Shown here: in pieces, positions 10,774-22,684 of the stretch | Layout: every line of letters begins with the position of its first letter | Numbering within the stretch: position 1 is the stretch's first letter | Assembly: GCA_051971635.1 (NCBI GenBank) | Contig: JBFPLN010000003.1 | Coordinates: 128,001-192,000, forward strand | DNA from: Candidatus Atelocyanobacterium thalassae | Lineage (GTDB): Bacteria > Cyanobacteriota > Cyanobacteriia > Cyanobacteriales > Microcystaceae | Length of the DNA stretch: 64,000 nt | Direction of reading: 5' to 3' | Position numbers and translations under genes: made by a program | The notes under the pieces: generated by a model | Seen by the model: only the letters and a program-made list of their open reading frames with translations | Told to the model about the DNA's origin: nothing | Database searches by the model: none

Positions 10774-11060
10774 ATTAATATAATAGAAACATATCTTAAA
10801 TAATGTATGATCTTAACACTATGCACTATAAGTTATATTGTTTTTCTGTATATTTTATATTTTCTAAAAATTCTCAAAATTTTCAACCAATTATTTATAT
10901 TGATTGGAACAAATTATTTTTTAAATAGTAATTTATCTATACAAGTTTCATCATAAAAATATTTAAAGAGATCTATTTAGAGTACTTATAAAATGTAGTG
11001 ATTTCATTTTTAAGTATTAATGCTTACCTATTAAATTTAATTAAGGTTACAGAAAAGTAT

Positions 11061-11363
11061 ATGAGATTTCACAAGTTAGCCATTTTTTTAACTAAAATAA
11101 TTTCTATAGTCTTAGTTACCAGTGCAATAATATCTGAAGTATGTAGAATGTATATTTTGATCAATAACTATAATCTTTCTGATAATTTTCAACTGTTATT
11201 TTGGGTAAGTCGCTTTGCGCTTGCAATCCATTTAATCGAATCTTTAATAATGTCTTACTATATAAATCTAAAAAATGAAAACTATATTAAGTATGGAATT
11301 TATACTTTTTTAGTAGGAATAGTTAGTTTTGTAGAATTGAAAAATAGTGAAGATAAAGGTTAA
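11061..11363 (+). CDS. Small hypothetical membrane protein
   Basis: Three hydrophobic segments; HLIES...YGIYTFLVG; ATG at 11061 preferred over GTG at 10998. Confidence 0.55.
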   Translation: MRFHKLAIFLTKIISIVLVTSAIISEVCRMYILINNYNLSDNFQLLFWVSRFALAIHLIESLIMSYYINLKNENYIKYGIYTFLVGIVSFVELKNSEDKG

Positions 11364-11713
11364 ATATTTAAGTGTTTTTAGTTTAAAGCTAATTAAGAAA
11401 TGTTCAACAATATTATTTTAGTTCTATTAAATATCTATATCTCTGGAAAAGTTAATAAATATATAAAGTGAAATAAATATAAATAATCTTATTTAAAACT
11501 AGAAAATTTTTTAAAAAGATAGTAAACCAGATTATAAAAGCTTAATCTCAAATTAGTTAGAAAATAAACATTGTTTAAAATATCATATTCAATAATTTAG
11601 GAATAGCAGTAATACTTAATTTTTGCATAGCTATATTTATTATAAAACGACTTTTTCCAGTAAGTATAAGCAATTAAATTACCAAAACTATTAGAATCTA
11701 AATTATTTTATTA

Positions 11714-12823
11714 TTAGTCTAAATCTTCTAGATTACCTCTTTCATACAATTCTTGTAAACTTTGTTTCTTATCCTTTCTAGAATGGCGTCGATATTTCTT
11801 GATTTCTAATTTTGGCTCATAAAATTCTTCTCCAAAGGCTTTAATCTTTAGCTTCAATTTTGATTCTTGAACCTTAATTTTTTGTTCTACTTCTTTTTGT
11901 AAAAGTGTTTCTGCTAATATAGCTAAATAGTGTTCGTATCTCTCCCAACTCTTATCAACAGCACAGTTTGGCTCACTTCTATGAAGGCAATTGTTAAACT
12001 GACACTTATTCTGTTTAAGTTGTTTTTTTGCTTCGGGAAAGTAATTAATTAACTCATGAGGATCACATTGCAAATCAGTTTGATTAAACCCGGGGGTATC
12101 AGCTATTATTCCTCCTCCAGGTAACTTAAAAAGTTCAACATGGCGAGTAGTATGACGTCCTCTGCGCAACTTACCTGAAACTTCATTAACCCTTTGTTGA
12201 GCATAAGGAATTAGTTTGTTAATTAGACTAGATTTACCAGCTCCAGATGGACCGGCTAAGATCGTAAATTTGTTTTCTAAGCAATCGTAGAGTTTCTGAA
12301 ATCCCTGAATAGTCAAAGTACTTATTAAAGTTGGGGTATACCCCCATTCTTCTAATCTTATTTTCCATTTTATTTGTTCATCAATCTCAAGTAAGTCAAC
12401 TTTATTAAGACATAAGACCAATGGAATTAATGTTGATTCTCCTTTAACAAGAAAACGACTCAATTGCCAAGGCTCTAATTGAGGCTCTTTAAATGGGAAA
12501 AGTAAAAGTATTTGATCTGCGTTAGCCACTTGAGGGCGAGATAATTCTGTCTTACGAGGTAAAACAGAAATAATCGAGCCTCGAGAGTCCTTATGATTAG
12601 ATTTTACTATTATTACGCGATCTCCTACCATAACGCTCTGTCCAATTTTTTTAAGACGATTGCGCCGAGTACAAAGTAGGTGTGAAATAAAAGGGTAATT
12701 TTTATCTCCAGAATTTTCATCTAAGTGGACTTGATAAAAATTAGCTTGAATTGCTACCACTGTCCCAAAAAATTTTGGAATAGTGGCAGATGAGTAATTA
12801 TGTATTGAATTTATATCATACAC
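11714..12823 (-). CDS. rsgA: Small ribosomal subunit biogenesis GTPase
   Basis: Circularly permuted G motifs NKVD, GPSGAGKSS, GRHTT, DTPG; Zn finger CQFNNCLHRSEPNC. Confidence 0.95.
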   Translation of the reverse strand: MYDINSIHNYSSATIPKFFGTVVAIQANFYQVHLDENSGDKNYPFISHLLCTRRNRLKKIGQSVMVGDRVIIVKSNHKDSRGSIISVLPRKTELSRPQVANADQILLLFPFKEPQLEPWQLSRFLVKGESTLIPLVLCLNKVDLLEIDEQIKWKIRLEEWGYTPTLISTLTIQGFQKLYDCLENKFTILAGPSGAGKSSLINKLIPYAQQRVNEVSGKLRRGRHTTRHVELFKLPGGGIIADTPGFNQTDLQCDPHELINYFPEAKKQLKQNKCQFNNCLHRSEPNCAVDKSWERYEHYLAILAETLLQKEVEQKIKVQESKLKLKIKAFGEEFYEPKLEIKKYRRHSRKDKKQSLQELYERGNLEDLD

Positions 12824-12912
12824 AATAAATAAAATTCATAAAAAAATTTAATGAAAAAATAAGTAGTTAGTAGAACTTTAGTAAAGTATTCTTCCCTTCT
12901 ATTCTTTGAATA

Positions 12913-13152
12913 TTAAGGACAGAGAATTTTAATAGAAAAAAATTCATGATGATCATTGATGGATTCTATTTTATATCCTTCCATTATTAAACTGTCAGGA
13001 ACTTGTTCCATAGGTTCACCAGGATCTAACCAAACTTCTAAAGTAGAACCAGAAAGAATATTCTCTAATTTCAGTTTAATGCGAATAAAATTCACAGGAC
13101 AAGAAACGCCGCGCAGATCTAGAAGAAATTTATCTGAGCTTAAAGAATTCAT
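12913..13152 (-). CDS. TusA-family sulfur carrier protein
   Basis: [12 protein letters not shown] motif; overlaps the dnaJ stop by 4 bp. Confidence 0.9.
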   Translation of the reverse strand: MNSLSSDKFLLDLRGVSCPVNFIRIKLKLENILSGSTLEVWLDPGEPMEQVPDSLIMEGYKIESINDHHEFFSIKILCP

Positions 13153-14279
13153 TTGTTAAACAAACTCCCTAAAAATCCTTCTATTCCGCCTTTACCATGA
13201 GTTTGGCCTTTAATTACAGCTAACTTTTCTAAAAGCTCTCTCTCTTCAGAAGTAATTCTTGTAGGAATATCCACATTAACTGTAATTAGGTGATCACCAC
13301 GAATAGCATCGTTTCCTAATTTAGGAACACCCAAATTATCTAAAGTTAAGATTGTTTTAGGTTGAGTACCAGGAGGAATAGACAAATCTTTTTTGCCATC
13401 TACTGTATCAATTGATACAGTGCATCCAAGAATAGCTTGAAGATAACTAATCTTGATCTCTGAGAGAATATTCATTTTCTCCCGAATAAATACTTTGTCA
13501 GGTTCGACATATAAGTATACGTAAAGATCTCCTGCCACCCCTCCTCTTAATCCAGCATCTCCTTTACGAGATACTCTAAGACGGGTTCCATCGCCTACTC
13601 CAGCTGGAATGGTAATTTTTACTTTTTCAGTTACTTGTCTACGTCCGGCACCCCCACAAACCTCACATTTTTCTTCAATAATTTGCCCTTCACCGTTACA
13701 AGTTGGACAAGTAGAAACTTGAGCAAAGCTTCCAAATGGAGTACGAGTTGAGCGGCGTACTTGACCTTGACCATCACAAGTTGGACAAGTCTTCTTTTTT
13801 GTTCCTGGTTTTGCACCGCTACCTTGACATATTGTGCATGTTTCCAAGTGAGGAATGCGAATTTCTTTCTCTCCTCCAAATACTGCTTCACGGAAGTTCA
13901 ATTTGAGGTCAAGGCGTAAATCATCTCCTTTGGTTGGCTCGTTACGACGACGTGTACCTGTTGTACCAGCTCCACCTCCAAATCCACTAAAAATAGTTTC
14001 AAAGATATCGGCAAAGCCACCCATATCTCCCATATCACCTTGATTAAAACCGTTTGCACCACTAACTCCGGCTTCTCCAAACTGGTCATAACGATTTCGT
14101 GTCTCAGGTTCAGACAATACCTCGTATGCGCGGTTAATCTCTTTGAAACGTTCTTCAGATCCTGCTTCTTTATTAACATCAGGATGATATTTTCGTGCAA
14201 GACGTCGATAAGCTTGCTTTAAATCTTCTTTATTGGCGTTACGGTCAACTCCAAGAATTTTGTAGTAGTCACCTGGCAT
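13149..14279 (-). CDS. dnaJ: Molecular chaperone DnaJ
   Basis: HPD J-domain, G/F region, four CxxCxGxG repeats. Confidence 0.98.
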   Translation of the reverse strand: MPGDYYKILGVDRNANKEDLKQAYRRLARKYHPDVNKEAGSEERFKEINRAYEVLSEPETRNRYDQFGEAGVSGANGFNQGDMGDMGGFADIFETIFSGFGGGAGTTGTRRRNEPTKGDDLRLDLKLNFREAVFGGEKEIRIPHLETCTICQGSGAKPGTKKKTCPTCDGQGQVRRSTRTPFGSFAQVSTCPTCNGEGQIIEEKCEVCGGAGRRQVTEKVKITIPAGVGDGTRLRVSRKGDAGLRGGVAGDLYVYLYVEPDKVFIREKMNILSEIKISYLQAILGCTVSIDTVDGKKDLSIPPGTQPKTILTLDNLGVPKLGNDAIRGDHLITVNVDIPTRITSEERELLEKLAVIKGQTHGKGGIEGFLGSLFNK

Positions 14280-14485
14280 AGAACATTAATATCGATTGAT
14301 TTATATAATAGTTTATTAATTTGCTCGATGATTAATCTAGCAAACTATTGTTAAGAAAATACTATTATAATTGATTTTTTCAATTATGTTGCTTTAATTT
14401 AATAATTAAAAACTTATAATTTCGTTTTAAGATCTAAATTAATTTTAAATAATAAAACAACAGGATAATTACCATATATTTTTAT

Positions 14486-16600
14486 TTAAAAGTCTAAATC
14501 TTCTTCTGCTGTTATTGCTGGTCTTCCTTTAATTTTCTTTTGTAATGTTTTCTGTGAAAACTCGTTAGTATTTATTCTACTATCTCTATCTTTATTTGAT
14601 GAGATAAATTGCTTCTGTTTATTATTCTCTTCTTCTTTAAATTGACGGTCTTGATATACCTCTATTACGGCTTCGTCTATTTCATTATCTGAGATGGAAG
14701 AATCCTGATTATAATTGCTTATCTTTTCATTTTTACTATCATGTATAATCTCTCCTTTGAAAAATATGGCTAGTCGTTTTGCTATTTGTGTAATTTCATT
14801 ATCAGATGGCTTTGCAAAATTAGAAACTTTAGGTATTTGTTCTGATACTTCAGCAGAAGAACTTCTTCCCGGATTATGAGGAGAATCTTTATTTATATTT
14901 AAAACTATTTCGGAATTATCTATCTTTAGTACATGACCATTCAATTTTTGATCTTTGATTACATTATTTATAGGGTCATGTAATTTATCATTAGTAATAT
15001 TTGAGTTTGATTTACATAATAAATTTTGGCCAGATTTTGGTTTTGTTTCTACTTTAAGACTTACACTAACTTTGTGACCTAAAACCTCTTGAAAAGCTAA
15101 TTCAATTTGGGAAAGTTTGCTTTTTGCCAGATCAAGTAATGGAGAAGTAGACATGCCGACAGTTGCTGCTCTTTCTTTACAGTTAAGAAGGGATCCATGC
15201 TCTTTAATTAATCCCGCTAAAAATGGTGGAAGTTTTCCTAATATCAAATTCCATACTTCTTCCAAGTTGTCATTACTAACTAAAGTACTTAGATTATCAA
15301 CATTACTTTCGACTATATTTTCTATGCTAGGCTTAGCCTGATTTTCAGCTTTTGGGCTATTAACTTTTAATTCTTCGCTATTGTAATTTTCATTAGCTAT
15401 GCTAGGCTTAGCCTGATTTTCAGCTTTTGAGCTATTAACTTTTAATTCTTCGCTATTGTAATTTTCATTAGCTATGCTAGATGACTGATCGGTTGCCAAG
15501 AATTCTTTTGATTCTACTATTAAATCTAATAAGATAATTTCTATCCATAGATAAGGTTGGGTAGTATTTTTTAATTGAGATTCACTATCTTTTAGTTTTT
15601 GCTGATGTTTTAAAATTTTATCAGTTTCCCAATATTTTGCTTCTATACATAGCTCTTCCCAATGTTTTTTATTTATAAATGTTAATTCAGCATTTCCAGG
15701 AGATACTTTAGAAATAAGTAAATTTAAATAAAATTTTGCAATATTTTGTAATATTATTAGCGGTTCTTTACCCTGATTTATTAATTTTCTACAAAGTTCA
15801 ATGATTAATATTGAATTATTGGAACGAATCGCTTGTAATAGTGATAATAGATCTTTTTCGGAAATTAGACCTACCAAATTATTAACCTTTTCAGAGTTAA
15901 TTTTTCCTGGGAATAAACTTAATTGATCTAATAAACTTTCAGCATCTCTTAAACCGCCATTAGATATTTGTGCAACAAGTGTTAAGGCTTCTGATTCAAT
16001 ATCAATATCTTCTTTATTAGCAATCTTATCTAAATGCTGAGCTATTACCTGAGTTGAAATACGACGATAATCAAAACGTTGACAACGGGAGATTATTGTA
16101 GGTATAACTCTTTGAGGATCGGTAGTCGCCAATATAAAAATTACTTGTTTTGGAGGTTCTTCCAATATCTTTAACAAAGCATTAAATGCTGCTGTGCTAA
16201 GCATATGACACTCGTCAATTATGTATACTTTATATCGCAATTGTATAGGAGCAAATTTTGCCTGCTCAATAATTACTCGAATATTGTCAACTCCTGTATT
16301 ACTTGCTGCATCGATTTCTACAACATCTAATGAAGAACCTTTAACTATAGTTTTACATGCCTCACAATTTCCACAAGGAAATAAGTTAGGAACATCTAAT
16401 TCCAAACAATTAATAGATTTTGCTAAAATTCTAGCAGTAGATGTTTTGCCTGTTCCCCGGGGACCTGTAAATAGGTAAGCATGAGATATACGCTGAAATT
16501 TAATAGCATTGCTTAAAGCTACAACAATTGGTTCCTGTCCTACTAAATCATTGAAATTTTGAGGGCGATATTTTTGGTAAAGAGGTTCATAAAACAGCAT
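14486..16600 (-). CDS. dnaX: DNA polymerase III subunit gamma/tau (no intein)
   Basis: KYRPQNF, GPRGTGKTS, EIDAASNTGVD, IIDECHML, SRCQ; long low-complexity C-terminus. Confidence 0.96.
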   Translation of the reverse strand: MLFYEPLYQKYRPQNFNDLVGQEPIVVALSNAIKFQRISHAYLFTGPRGTGKTSTARILAKSINCLELDVPNLFPCGNCEACKTIVKGSSLDVVEIDAASNTGVDNIRVIIEQAKFAPIQLRYKVYIIDECHMLSTAAFNALLKILEEPPKQVIFILATTDPQRVIPTIISRCQRFDYRRISTQVIAQHLDKIANKEDIDIESEALTLVAQISNGGLRDAESLLDQLSLFPGKINSEKVNNLVGLISEKDLLSLLQAIRSNNSILIIELCRKLINQGKEPLIILQNIAKFYLNLLISKVSPGNAELTFINKKHWEELCIEAKYWETDKILKHQQKLKDSESQLKNTTQPYLWIEIILLDLIVESKEFLATDQSSSIANENYNSEELKVNSSKAENQAKPSIANENYNSEELKVNSPKAENQAKPSIENIVESNVDNLSTLVSNDNLEEVWNLILGKLPPFLAGLIKEHGSLLNCKERAATVGMSTSPLLDLAKSKLSQIELAFQEVLGHKVSVSLKVETKPKSGQNLLCKSNSNITNDKLHDPINNVIKDQKLNGHVLKIDNSEIVLNINKDSPHNPGRSSSAEVSEQIPKVSNFAKPSDNEITQIAKRLAIFFKGEIIHDSKNEKISNYNQDSSISDNEIDEAVIEVYQDRQFKEEENNKQKQFISSNKDRDSRINTNEFSQKTLQKKIKGRPAITAEEDLDF
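15322..15480. repeat. In-frame tandem repeat in dnaX, 75 bp x2 plus 9 bp
   Basis: Units start at 15322, 15397 and 15472; one mismatch; encodes SIANENYNSEELKVNS(S/P)KAENQAKP twice. Confidence 0.95.
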
Positions 16601-16789
16601 AATTTTAGTAATTTAGTCTAAACATATTTAATCATGTTTGGATAAAAATTTAATAACTTTAGGTATGCAAATACTATTGCAATTCAGTACAAATTTCAAA
16701 TTCAGTTTCTCTATTTTTTAGACTTCATCCTGTTAAAGTAGAGGATACTAAATTGTTTCATTTTTTATATAAAGGTAACAACAAATTTC

Positions 16790-17431
16790 ATGAGTGAAAA
16801 AACCATTAATGCTAGAGATTTATTCCGTGCTGCATATGAAAATCGTTATACTTGGGATACTAATTTCCCAGGATACACTTCAGATATAACTTTTCAAGAA
16901 AATAATCAAATATTTTCTGGTCAGATTAAGATTAATAAAGATCTTTCTTCAGAAGTATTTAATATTAAAGATAGGGAAGCTTTAGCTCAAGTTAAGTCTC
17001 AGTTATGGGAAATTACTATCCATCGAGTGCGTCGTTCTTTTGAAGATACTCATGGTCAAAATATTTTTCGTTATGGCGATATAGACAAGAAAGGCTTTGT
17101 AGAAATTCTTATGGGTGGCAAATCAGAAGGAGATCGTTATAAAGTCCATGACAATGAGATCTGTCATGTTCATCGTCACATTCATGGCATTGTCGTTACG
17201 ATCGACACCTTTAGTAGTCATAATACAGGGGAAGGATACTTATCACATTGTTATGATTCTATTTATCACGATCCCAAAACGGGAAAAGTAAAAACAGACA
17301 AAAGATATTTTGAAGATAATTATCACAAAATTGGAAGCTATTACATCTTAAATAATCGTATTATTAAGGGTCAAGAGAATGAAAAATCTTTAATTAAAAA
17401 TTTTTCATTCTCTAATATCGAACTTTTATAA
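16790..17431 (+). CDS. DUF3386 domain protein
   Basis: ARDLFRAAYENRYTWD.NFPGY, IHRVRRSFE. Confidence 0.85.
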   Translation: MSEKTINARDLFRAAYENRYTWDTNFPGYTSDITFQENNQIFSGQIKINKDLSSEVFNIKDREALAQVKSQLWEITIHRVRRSFEDTHGQNIFRYGDIDKKGFVEILMGGKSEGDRYKVHDNEICHVHRHIHGIVVTIDTFSSHNTGEGYLSHCYDSIYHDPKTGKVKTDKRYFEDNYHKIGSYYILNNRIIKGQENEKSLIKNFSFSNIELL

Positions 17432-17651
17432 CTAATTATTTTCCATATTTTTCCTTTTCACTTTATTGAATAGCTAATAATAAATATAAAATTGTGAATC
17501 ATTATGTTTCTTTGCAGATACAGAAATTGTTTTTATTTTATTCATATAGAAACATAATGGTTTAAACAATTAATGTCTAATGTTTTTATTGTTTATTGGC
17601 CATTCTTCTTGTAGAATGCCGACAGTTAAAATAGTAATAGCTAGTAGTAAT

Positions 17652-18386
17652 ATGAATAAAATTCCTGGCGGTTTAGAACAGGCTATATCTCAAGCAAAAG
17701 AAGCTACAAAAGTTGCTCTAGCAGAAGGAGTTAAACGTATATGCTTAGAAGTAATTATCCCGGAAATTGTCCTTCAATCGCAAGATTTAACTTTAGAATT
17801 TATTTCCATATTTAAAGATAAAGAATCAGAATTAAAAATATTTTTTCCTGATACAGGATCTGCTGCTTTGGCTCGTCGCGACTGGGGAGAAACTACATTT
17901 AAAATAAGTGACCTCGGAAACCGAGGAGTTACTATAGAAAATAAATTATTAGAAACAGATCAGATTCTATTATTAGTAGCTCCTTCTTTTACTGAAATAG
18001 AAGCTATAGAGACGTTATGTAACCTTGCTAATAATCGCCCTGTTATTTTCTTAATCCCCCAGTTTGAGGATATTTCTATTGTAGGTATTGGCCATGTTGC
18101 ACGTGAAATACAAAAACGATTTCTTAATACTTTGGAATCTGTATATTATTTTTATCCGTTAGATAAATTCTTGATAGTACACTCCTACTTATCTCCTTGG
18201 TATATCTACTCTGAAGAAAAAGAAGGTTATCGGTTAATAGATCAAAAAAACGATAAACCCAGTCAAGAAGAGTTAGAGTCATTAATTGTTGACGAAGTTA
18301 CAGTTGACAAACATATTATTGGTTCCCCTTCAAAGACAAGCTTCATGTCTGAAATACAACGCTTTATCGATTTTTTAAGTAAATAA
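17652..18386 (+). CDS. DUF1995 family protein
   Basis: FFPDTGSAALARRDW motif; ATG at 17652 preferred. Confidence 0.8.
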   Translation: MNKIPGGLEQAISQAKEATKVALAEGVKRICLEVIIPEIVLQSQDLTLEFISIFKDKESELKIFFPDTGSAALARRDWGETTFKISDLGNRGVTIENKLLETDQILLLVAPSFTEIEAIETLCNLANNRPVIFLIPQFEDISIVGIGHVAREIQKRFLNTLESVYYFYPLDKFLIVHSYLSPWYIYSEEKEGYRLIDQKNDKPSQEELESLIVDEVTVDKHIIGSPSKTSFMSEIQRFIDFLSK

Positions 18387-18515
18387 TTTTTCAAAAAAAT
18401 GAGTTATTAGTAATTAAACTTATAACTACATAAAGTTGATGTTAAAAAATATACCTTTCTAGTATGAGTCACTTATTAAAAAAAAAGATGACATGTCAAT
18501 GTTCGCAGTAAATTA

Positions 18516-19019
18516 CTAGAAACTACTGATAGAGTTAGAAGGTCTTATTTTCTTCATCAAACTTACCATTTCTAAAGAATTTAAAGCGTAGTTCCATCCT
18601 TGATTACTTTTAATACCAGCCCTTTCTAAGGCTTGTTGCATAGTATCAGTAGTTAAAATACCAAAAGTAATAGGTGTACCGGTTTGGAAGCCTACTGCAG
18701 CTATCCCTTTAGCTGCCTCTGCTGATACATAATCGAAATGTGGTGTCTGACCACGAATAATAGCTCCTAAGCAAATAATAGCATCATACTTACTTAATAA
18801 AGCTAATTGATGTGCAACTAATGGCACTTCAAAACTTCCAGGGACCCAAGCATAATCGACTTGATTCCCTTGAGGATCTATATCAATTCCATGACGTTTT
18901 AAACAGTCTTGGCATCCTGATAAAAGTTTACTAGTTACTAAATCATTAAAACGTCCTATTACAATAGCAAGACGTATATTAGATAAATCTTCCGCAAAAG
19001 TACCTTCAAAAATAGTCAT
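18516..19019 (-). CDS. ribH: 6,7-dimethyl-8-ribityllumazine synthase
   Basis: [30 protein letters not shown]. Confidence 0.97.
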   Translation of the reverse strand: MTIFEGTFAEDLSNIRLAIVIGRFNDLVTSKLLSGCQDCLKRHGIDIDPQGNQVDYAWVPGSFEVPLVAHQLALLSKYDAIICLGAIIRGQTPHFDYVSAEAAKGIAAVGFQTGTPITFGILTTDTMQQALERAGIKSNQGWNYALNSLEMVSLMKKIRPSNSISSF

Positions 19020-19290
19020 AATATTACAGGTTTTGTTTTTAAAAAAATAACTTTCATTATTAGCATAACTAAAGATAAGAAATTATGTTGAAAATCAGTA
19101 AGCTATAAAAATCTTAAATATTTACTGATTTTTTCCAGATGTCCTTAGGCAAAATATTTTATGTACTTTAAGCTAAAAATTTAACATTTAGTTGTTATTC
19201 AGAAACTAAGACAGTCTATATTTTAACTTTTTGCATTGATATTTAAGAAAACATTTAATTATAAGTTTTTAGTATACATTCAGTGACATT

Positions 19291-19330
19291 AAAACCTGAA
19301 AGTCTTTTTCAAGAGAGGCTTTCAGGTTTT
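19291..19330 (-). terminator. Intrinsic terminator-like hairpin after pyrH-frr
   Basis: AAAACCTGAAAG...CTTTCAGGTTTT, about 20 bp past the frr stop. Confidence 0.65.
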
Positions 19331-19349
19331 GATTTTATTAACAGATTTC

Positions 19350-19898
19350 CTAGACTGTCATAATATCCTTGGTCTTAGTAGTTAATAACTCATCGATTTT
19401 TTTAGTAAATTCATCAGTTATTTTCTGGATACTTTCTTGCAAGTTGCGAGATTCATCTTCAGAAATATATCCATCTTTTACTTGTTTACGTACAGCTTCA
19501 TTAGCATCTCGGCGAATATTTCTGACAGCAACTTTCCCTTCTTCTGCCATTTTATTAGCCATTTTTGCTAATTCTTTTCTCCTTTCTTTTGTTAGAGGAG
19601 GAATGTTAAGACGTATAACCTGGCCATCATTGTTAGGTGTCAATCCTACGTCAGACATGTTGATAGCTTTTTCAATTTGTCCTATGCTTCCCCTATCAAA
19701 AGGTTGAATTAAAAGAGTAGTTGCGTCAGGAGTATTAATATTTGCAAGAGATTTTAGCTGAGCTTCCGTTCCATAATAATCGACCGTTACTCTATCAAGA
19801 ATTGCTGCATTAGCACGTCCTGTCCTCAAGGTATTAAAAGACTTTTGAGTAGATTCAACAGTCTTTTTCATACTAGTTTTAAGATCATTTAACATCAC
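19350..19898 (-). CDS. frr: Ribosome recycling factor
   Basis: [31 protein letters not shown]; start GTG 19898 (or ATG 19895) after GGAGG. Confidence 0.96.
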   Translation of the reverse strand: MMLNDLKTSMKKTVESTQKSFNTLRTGRANAAILDRVTVDYYGTEAQLKSLANINTPDATTLLIQPFDRGSIGQIEKAINMSDVGLTPNNDGQVIRLNIPPLTKERRKELAKMANKMAEEGKVAVRNIRRDANEAVRKQVKDGYISEDESRNLQESIQKITDEFTKKIDELLTTKTKDIMTV

Positions 19899-20607
19899 AG
19901 AAACCTCCCACAACGGTCCCAACAGTTTCACCTTCAATTGCCCGAACAATATTTCCTGGAATAGAAAGATTAAAAACAATTATTGGTATATTATTTTCTT
20001 TACAAAGTGATATAGCTGTGCTATCCATCACTCGTAAATCATGAGTTAATACATGATTGTAATTGAGGCTTACATAGCGGCGAGCATTAGGATTGAGTTG
20101 AGGGTCAGAATCATATACTCCGTCAACTTTAGTAGCTTTAAACACTACTTCTGCATCAATTTCTGCCGCTCTTAAAGCAGCAGTTGTATCAGTGGTAAAA
20201 AAAGGATTACCTGAACCGGCCCCAAAAACAATAACCCTTCCCTTCTCCAAATGCCGAATTGCACGGCGGCGGATATATGGTTCAGCCACTTCCTGCATAG
20301 CAATTGCTGTTAATACTCTTGTAGGAACACCCATTTGCTCAAGAGCATCTTGTAATGTCATTGCATTCATAACTGTAGCGATCATTCCTACATAGTCTGC
20401 AGTTGCTCGATCCATTCCGGCCGAAGCAGCTTTAACCCCACGAAAAATGTTACCTCCGCCTACAACAATCGCCAACTGAATGTTGTGGCTAATAACATCT
20501 TTAATTTCTTGAGCAATATCGGCGACGACTTTGGGGTCAATGCCATAGCCCAGATTTCCCATCAGGGCTTCACCGCTGAGTTTAAGTAATACGCGCTGGT
20601 AAGTCAT
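19885..20607 (-). CDS. pyrH: UMP kinase
   Basis: [27 protein letters not shown]. Confidence 0.98.
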   Translation of the reverse strand: MTYQRVLLKLSGEALMGNLGYGIDPKVVADIAQEIKDVISHNIQLAIVVGGGNIFRGVKAASAGMDRATADYVGMIATVMNAMTLQDALEQMGVPTRVLTAIAMQEVAEPYIRRRAIRHLEKGRVIVFGAGSGNPFFTTDTTAALRAAEIDAEVVFKATKVDGVYDSDPQLNPNARRYVSLNYNHVLTHDLRVMDSTAISLCKENNIPIIVFNLSIPGNIVRAIEGETVGTVVGGFCDVK

Positions 20608-21155
20608 CCCTATGCTACAACTTTTTTTATTGAGCCTATAATATCTGGATAATAAGCATCAGGTATCTTGTCACTTTTGTCAAACGAATTAGTATTATTT
20701 TTTATCGATCTAGATGTACTTAATCTTTATCACCACTGTAAATACTAAGTTCAAAAAGAGACAAGTCTGGCTTAATTAGAAAGATTTATAACATTACAAA
20801 TATAATATTAATTATTCAATTTGTCTTTCCAAAAATTATATATATCTGACATGTCTTCTATCAAGAACCGCTAGTACTAAAAATTAATACTAATACATTG
20901 ATATAGATTCAAAAGATAAATATATCTACAACAAAACTTACTTAATTAAGAAAATAATACGATCACTTTTATATCTACTCTTCGTAGATATTTGGATATG
21001 ATTTTTGTGTATATTTAACTGATGAAATTGATTTTCTTATCTATAGATTTATATATTAAAAAATAACGATAATTACAATACAAAAGTTTATGTTAACCAA
21101 AATATATCATATTAGTATAACTAGAAGTAACACATGGTATAGAAATATTGATAGT

Positions 21156-21368
21156 TTATTTTAATATCCACCAACCAAAAGTGGGGCCGACCAAATGAAC
21201 TGTAAACCATATAAGTATAGCAATCCCAATGCCTATCCAGGCTGCGTTTGTGGTCCATCTATACATTAAATCAACTTGATGCTTGGAAATTGGAACTTGA
21301 GGCAAGATCCTCTGTTCTCTTTTATTAAAATTATTTATTTTGTTTGTACGACGTTTTGATTCACCCAT
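21156..21368 (-). CDS. DUF2839 domain small membrane protein
   Basis: MGESKRR N-terminus; AWIGIG...GPTFGWW. Confidence 0.8.
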   Translation of the reverse strand: MGESKRRTNKINNFNKREQRILPQVPISKHQVDLMYRWTTNAAWIGIGIAILIWFTVHLVGPTFGWWILK

Positions 21369-21787
21369 CTTTCACTTGAAATTAAAATAATTTTTATACT
21401 AGATAGAATATATACTTTGTTAATAGGCTTGCATAAATATGAAAACCTTAAGGTATATTAATACTTTCAACTAGTAATATACTAACGAAGTATTGGTAAG
21501 TAGTATACTATCAATATGACAAACTTTAAGTCTGAGAAATATTATTTTTATAATAAGTCTAATATTTATATATTTTTAACTAATAAACATTATTTGTATC
21601 TCATAGTTTAAGGTACAAAATACAGAAATTAGTTAAAATTTCGCTATTAATGCGATAAAAATTCACAACTATTCTTTTTTCACTTATTCGATAAGCTATT
21701 TCTTAACATTTAATTTAAAACTTATTTAGTGCAGAAACTTGGTATTATAAGATTCAAATAATTATAATTAATTTTTAAATTAAAAAC

Positions 21788-22549
21788 ATGGGAGAGACTA
21801 TTACCCTCTTATCAAAGCGAGAAATTGACAAAATGCGCCGAGCTGGACGTTTAGCGGCTAGGCTATTAGATTATCTAGAACCTATGATCGAGCCTGGAAT
21901 AAGTACCCTGGAAATCAATAATGAAGCAGAAAGATGGACTCAATCTCATGGAGCAATAAGTGCACCTTTGGGGTACCATGGTTTTCCAAAATCAATTTGT
22001 ACTAGCGTTAATCACGTTATTTGTCATGGTATTCCTAACGCACAACAAATTTTGAAGGAAGGAGATATTATTAATGTCGATGTTACGCCAATTTTAGATG
22101 GTTATCATGGTGATACATCAAAAACATTCTTTGTAGGAAAACCTTCACAAATAGCTAAAAAATTGGTAGAAATAGCAGAAACATCTTTAATAAATGCTAT
22201 TCAAGCTGTAAAACCTGGTTCAAAGATTGGAGATATTGGAGCTGCGATCCAAGAGTGTGCAGAACCGTATGGTTTTTCAGTGGTAAGAGATTTTGTTGGC
22301 CATGGTATTAGTAATATTTTTCATACAGCCCCTCAAATTCCTCATTACGGAATAAAAGGCAAAGGGAAAAAACTGCGGTCTGGGATGGTATTTACTATTG
22401 AGCCAATGATCAACGAAGGAACATGGGAAGCAGTTATATTAAAAGATGGTTGGACAGCAGTTACTAGAGATGGAAAACTATCAGCTCAGTTTGAGCATAC
22501 CATCGCTGTGACAGAGACAGGAGTAGAAATCTTAACCATTCCAGACTAA
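21788..22549 (+). CDS. map: Type I methionine aminopeptidase
   Basis: CTSVNHVICHGIP, GYHGD, GHGI, FTIEPM, AQFEHT. Confidence 0.97.
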   Translation: MGETITLLSKREIDKMRRAGRLAARLLDYLEPMIEPGISTLEINNEAERWTQSHGAISAPLGYHGFPKSICTSVNHVICHGIPNAQQILKEGDIINVDVTPILDGYHGDTSKTFFVGKPSQIAKKLVEIAETSLINAIQAVKPGSKIGDIGAAIQECAEPYGFSVVRDFVGHGISNIFHTAPQIPHYGIKGKGKKLRSGMVFTIEPMINEGTWEAVILKDGWTAVTRDGKLSAQFEHTIAVTETGVEILTIPD

Positions 22550-22684
22550 ATCATTAATATTAATTTTCATATAAGATATGATTCAAATTAGATAAAAAAC
22601 ACATAAAACATTAAATATAAATGTTATTTTTTAATAAAAATTAATTTATTAGCCAAAGAATAGACTACATATATTATTTTTTAT

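Noticed and set aside
11717..14504. Shared 14-mer AGTCTAAATCTTCT at the ends of rsgA and dnaX
   Set aside because: Both encode EDLD with AT-biased codons; most likely coincidence
19899..19979. Extended N-terminus of frr from the ORF track
   Set aside because: Overlaps pyrH; the SD and typical RRF length favour a start at 19898/19895
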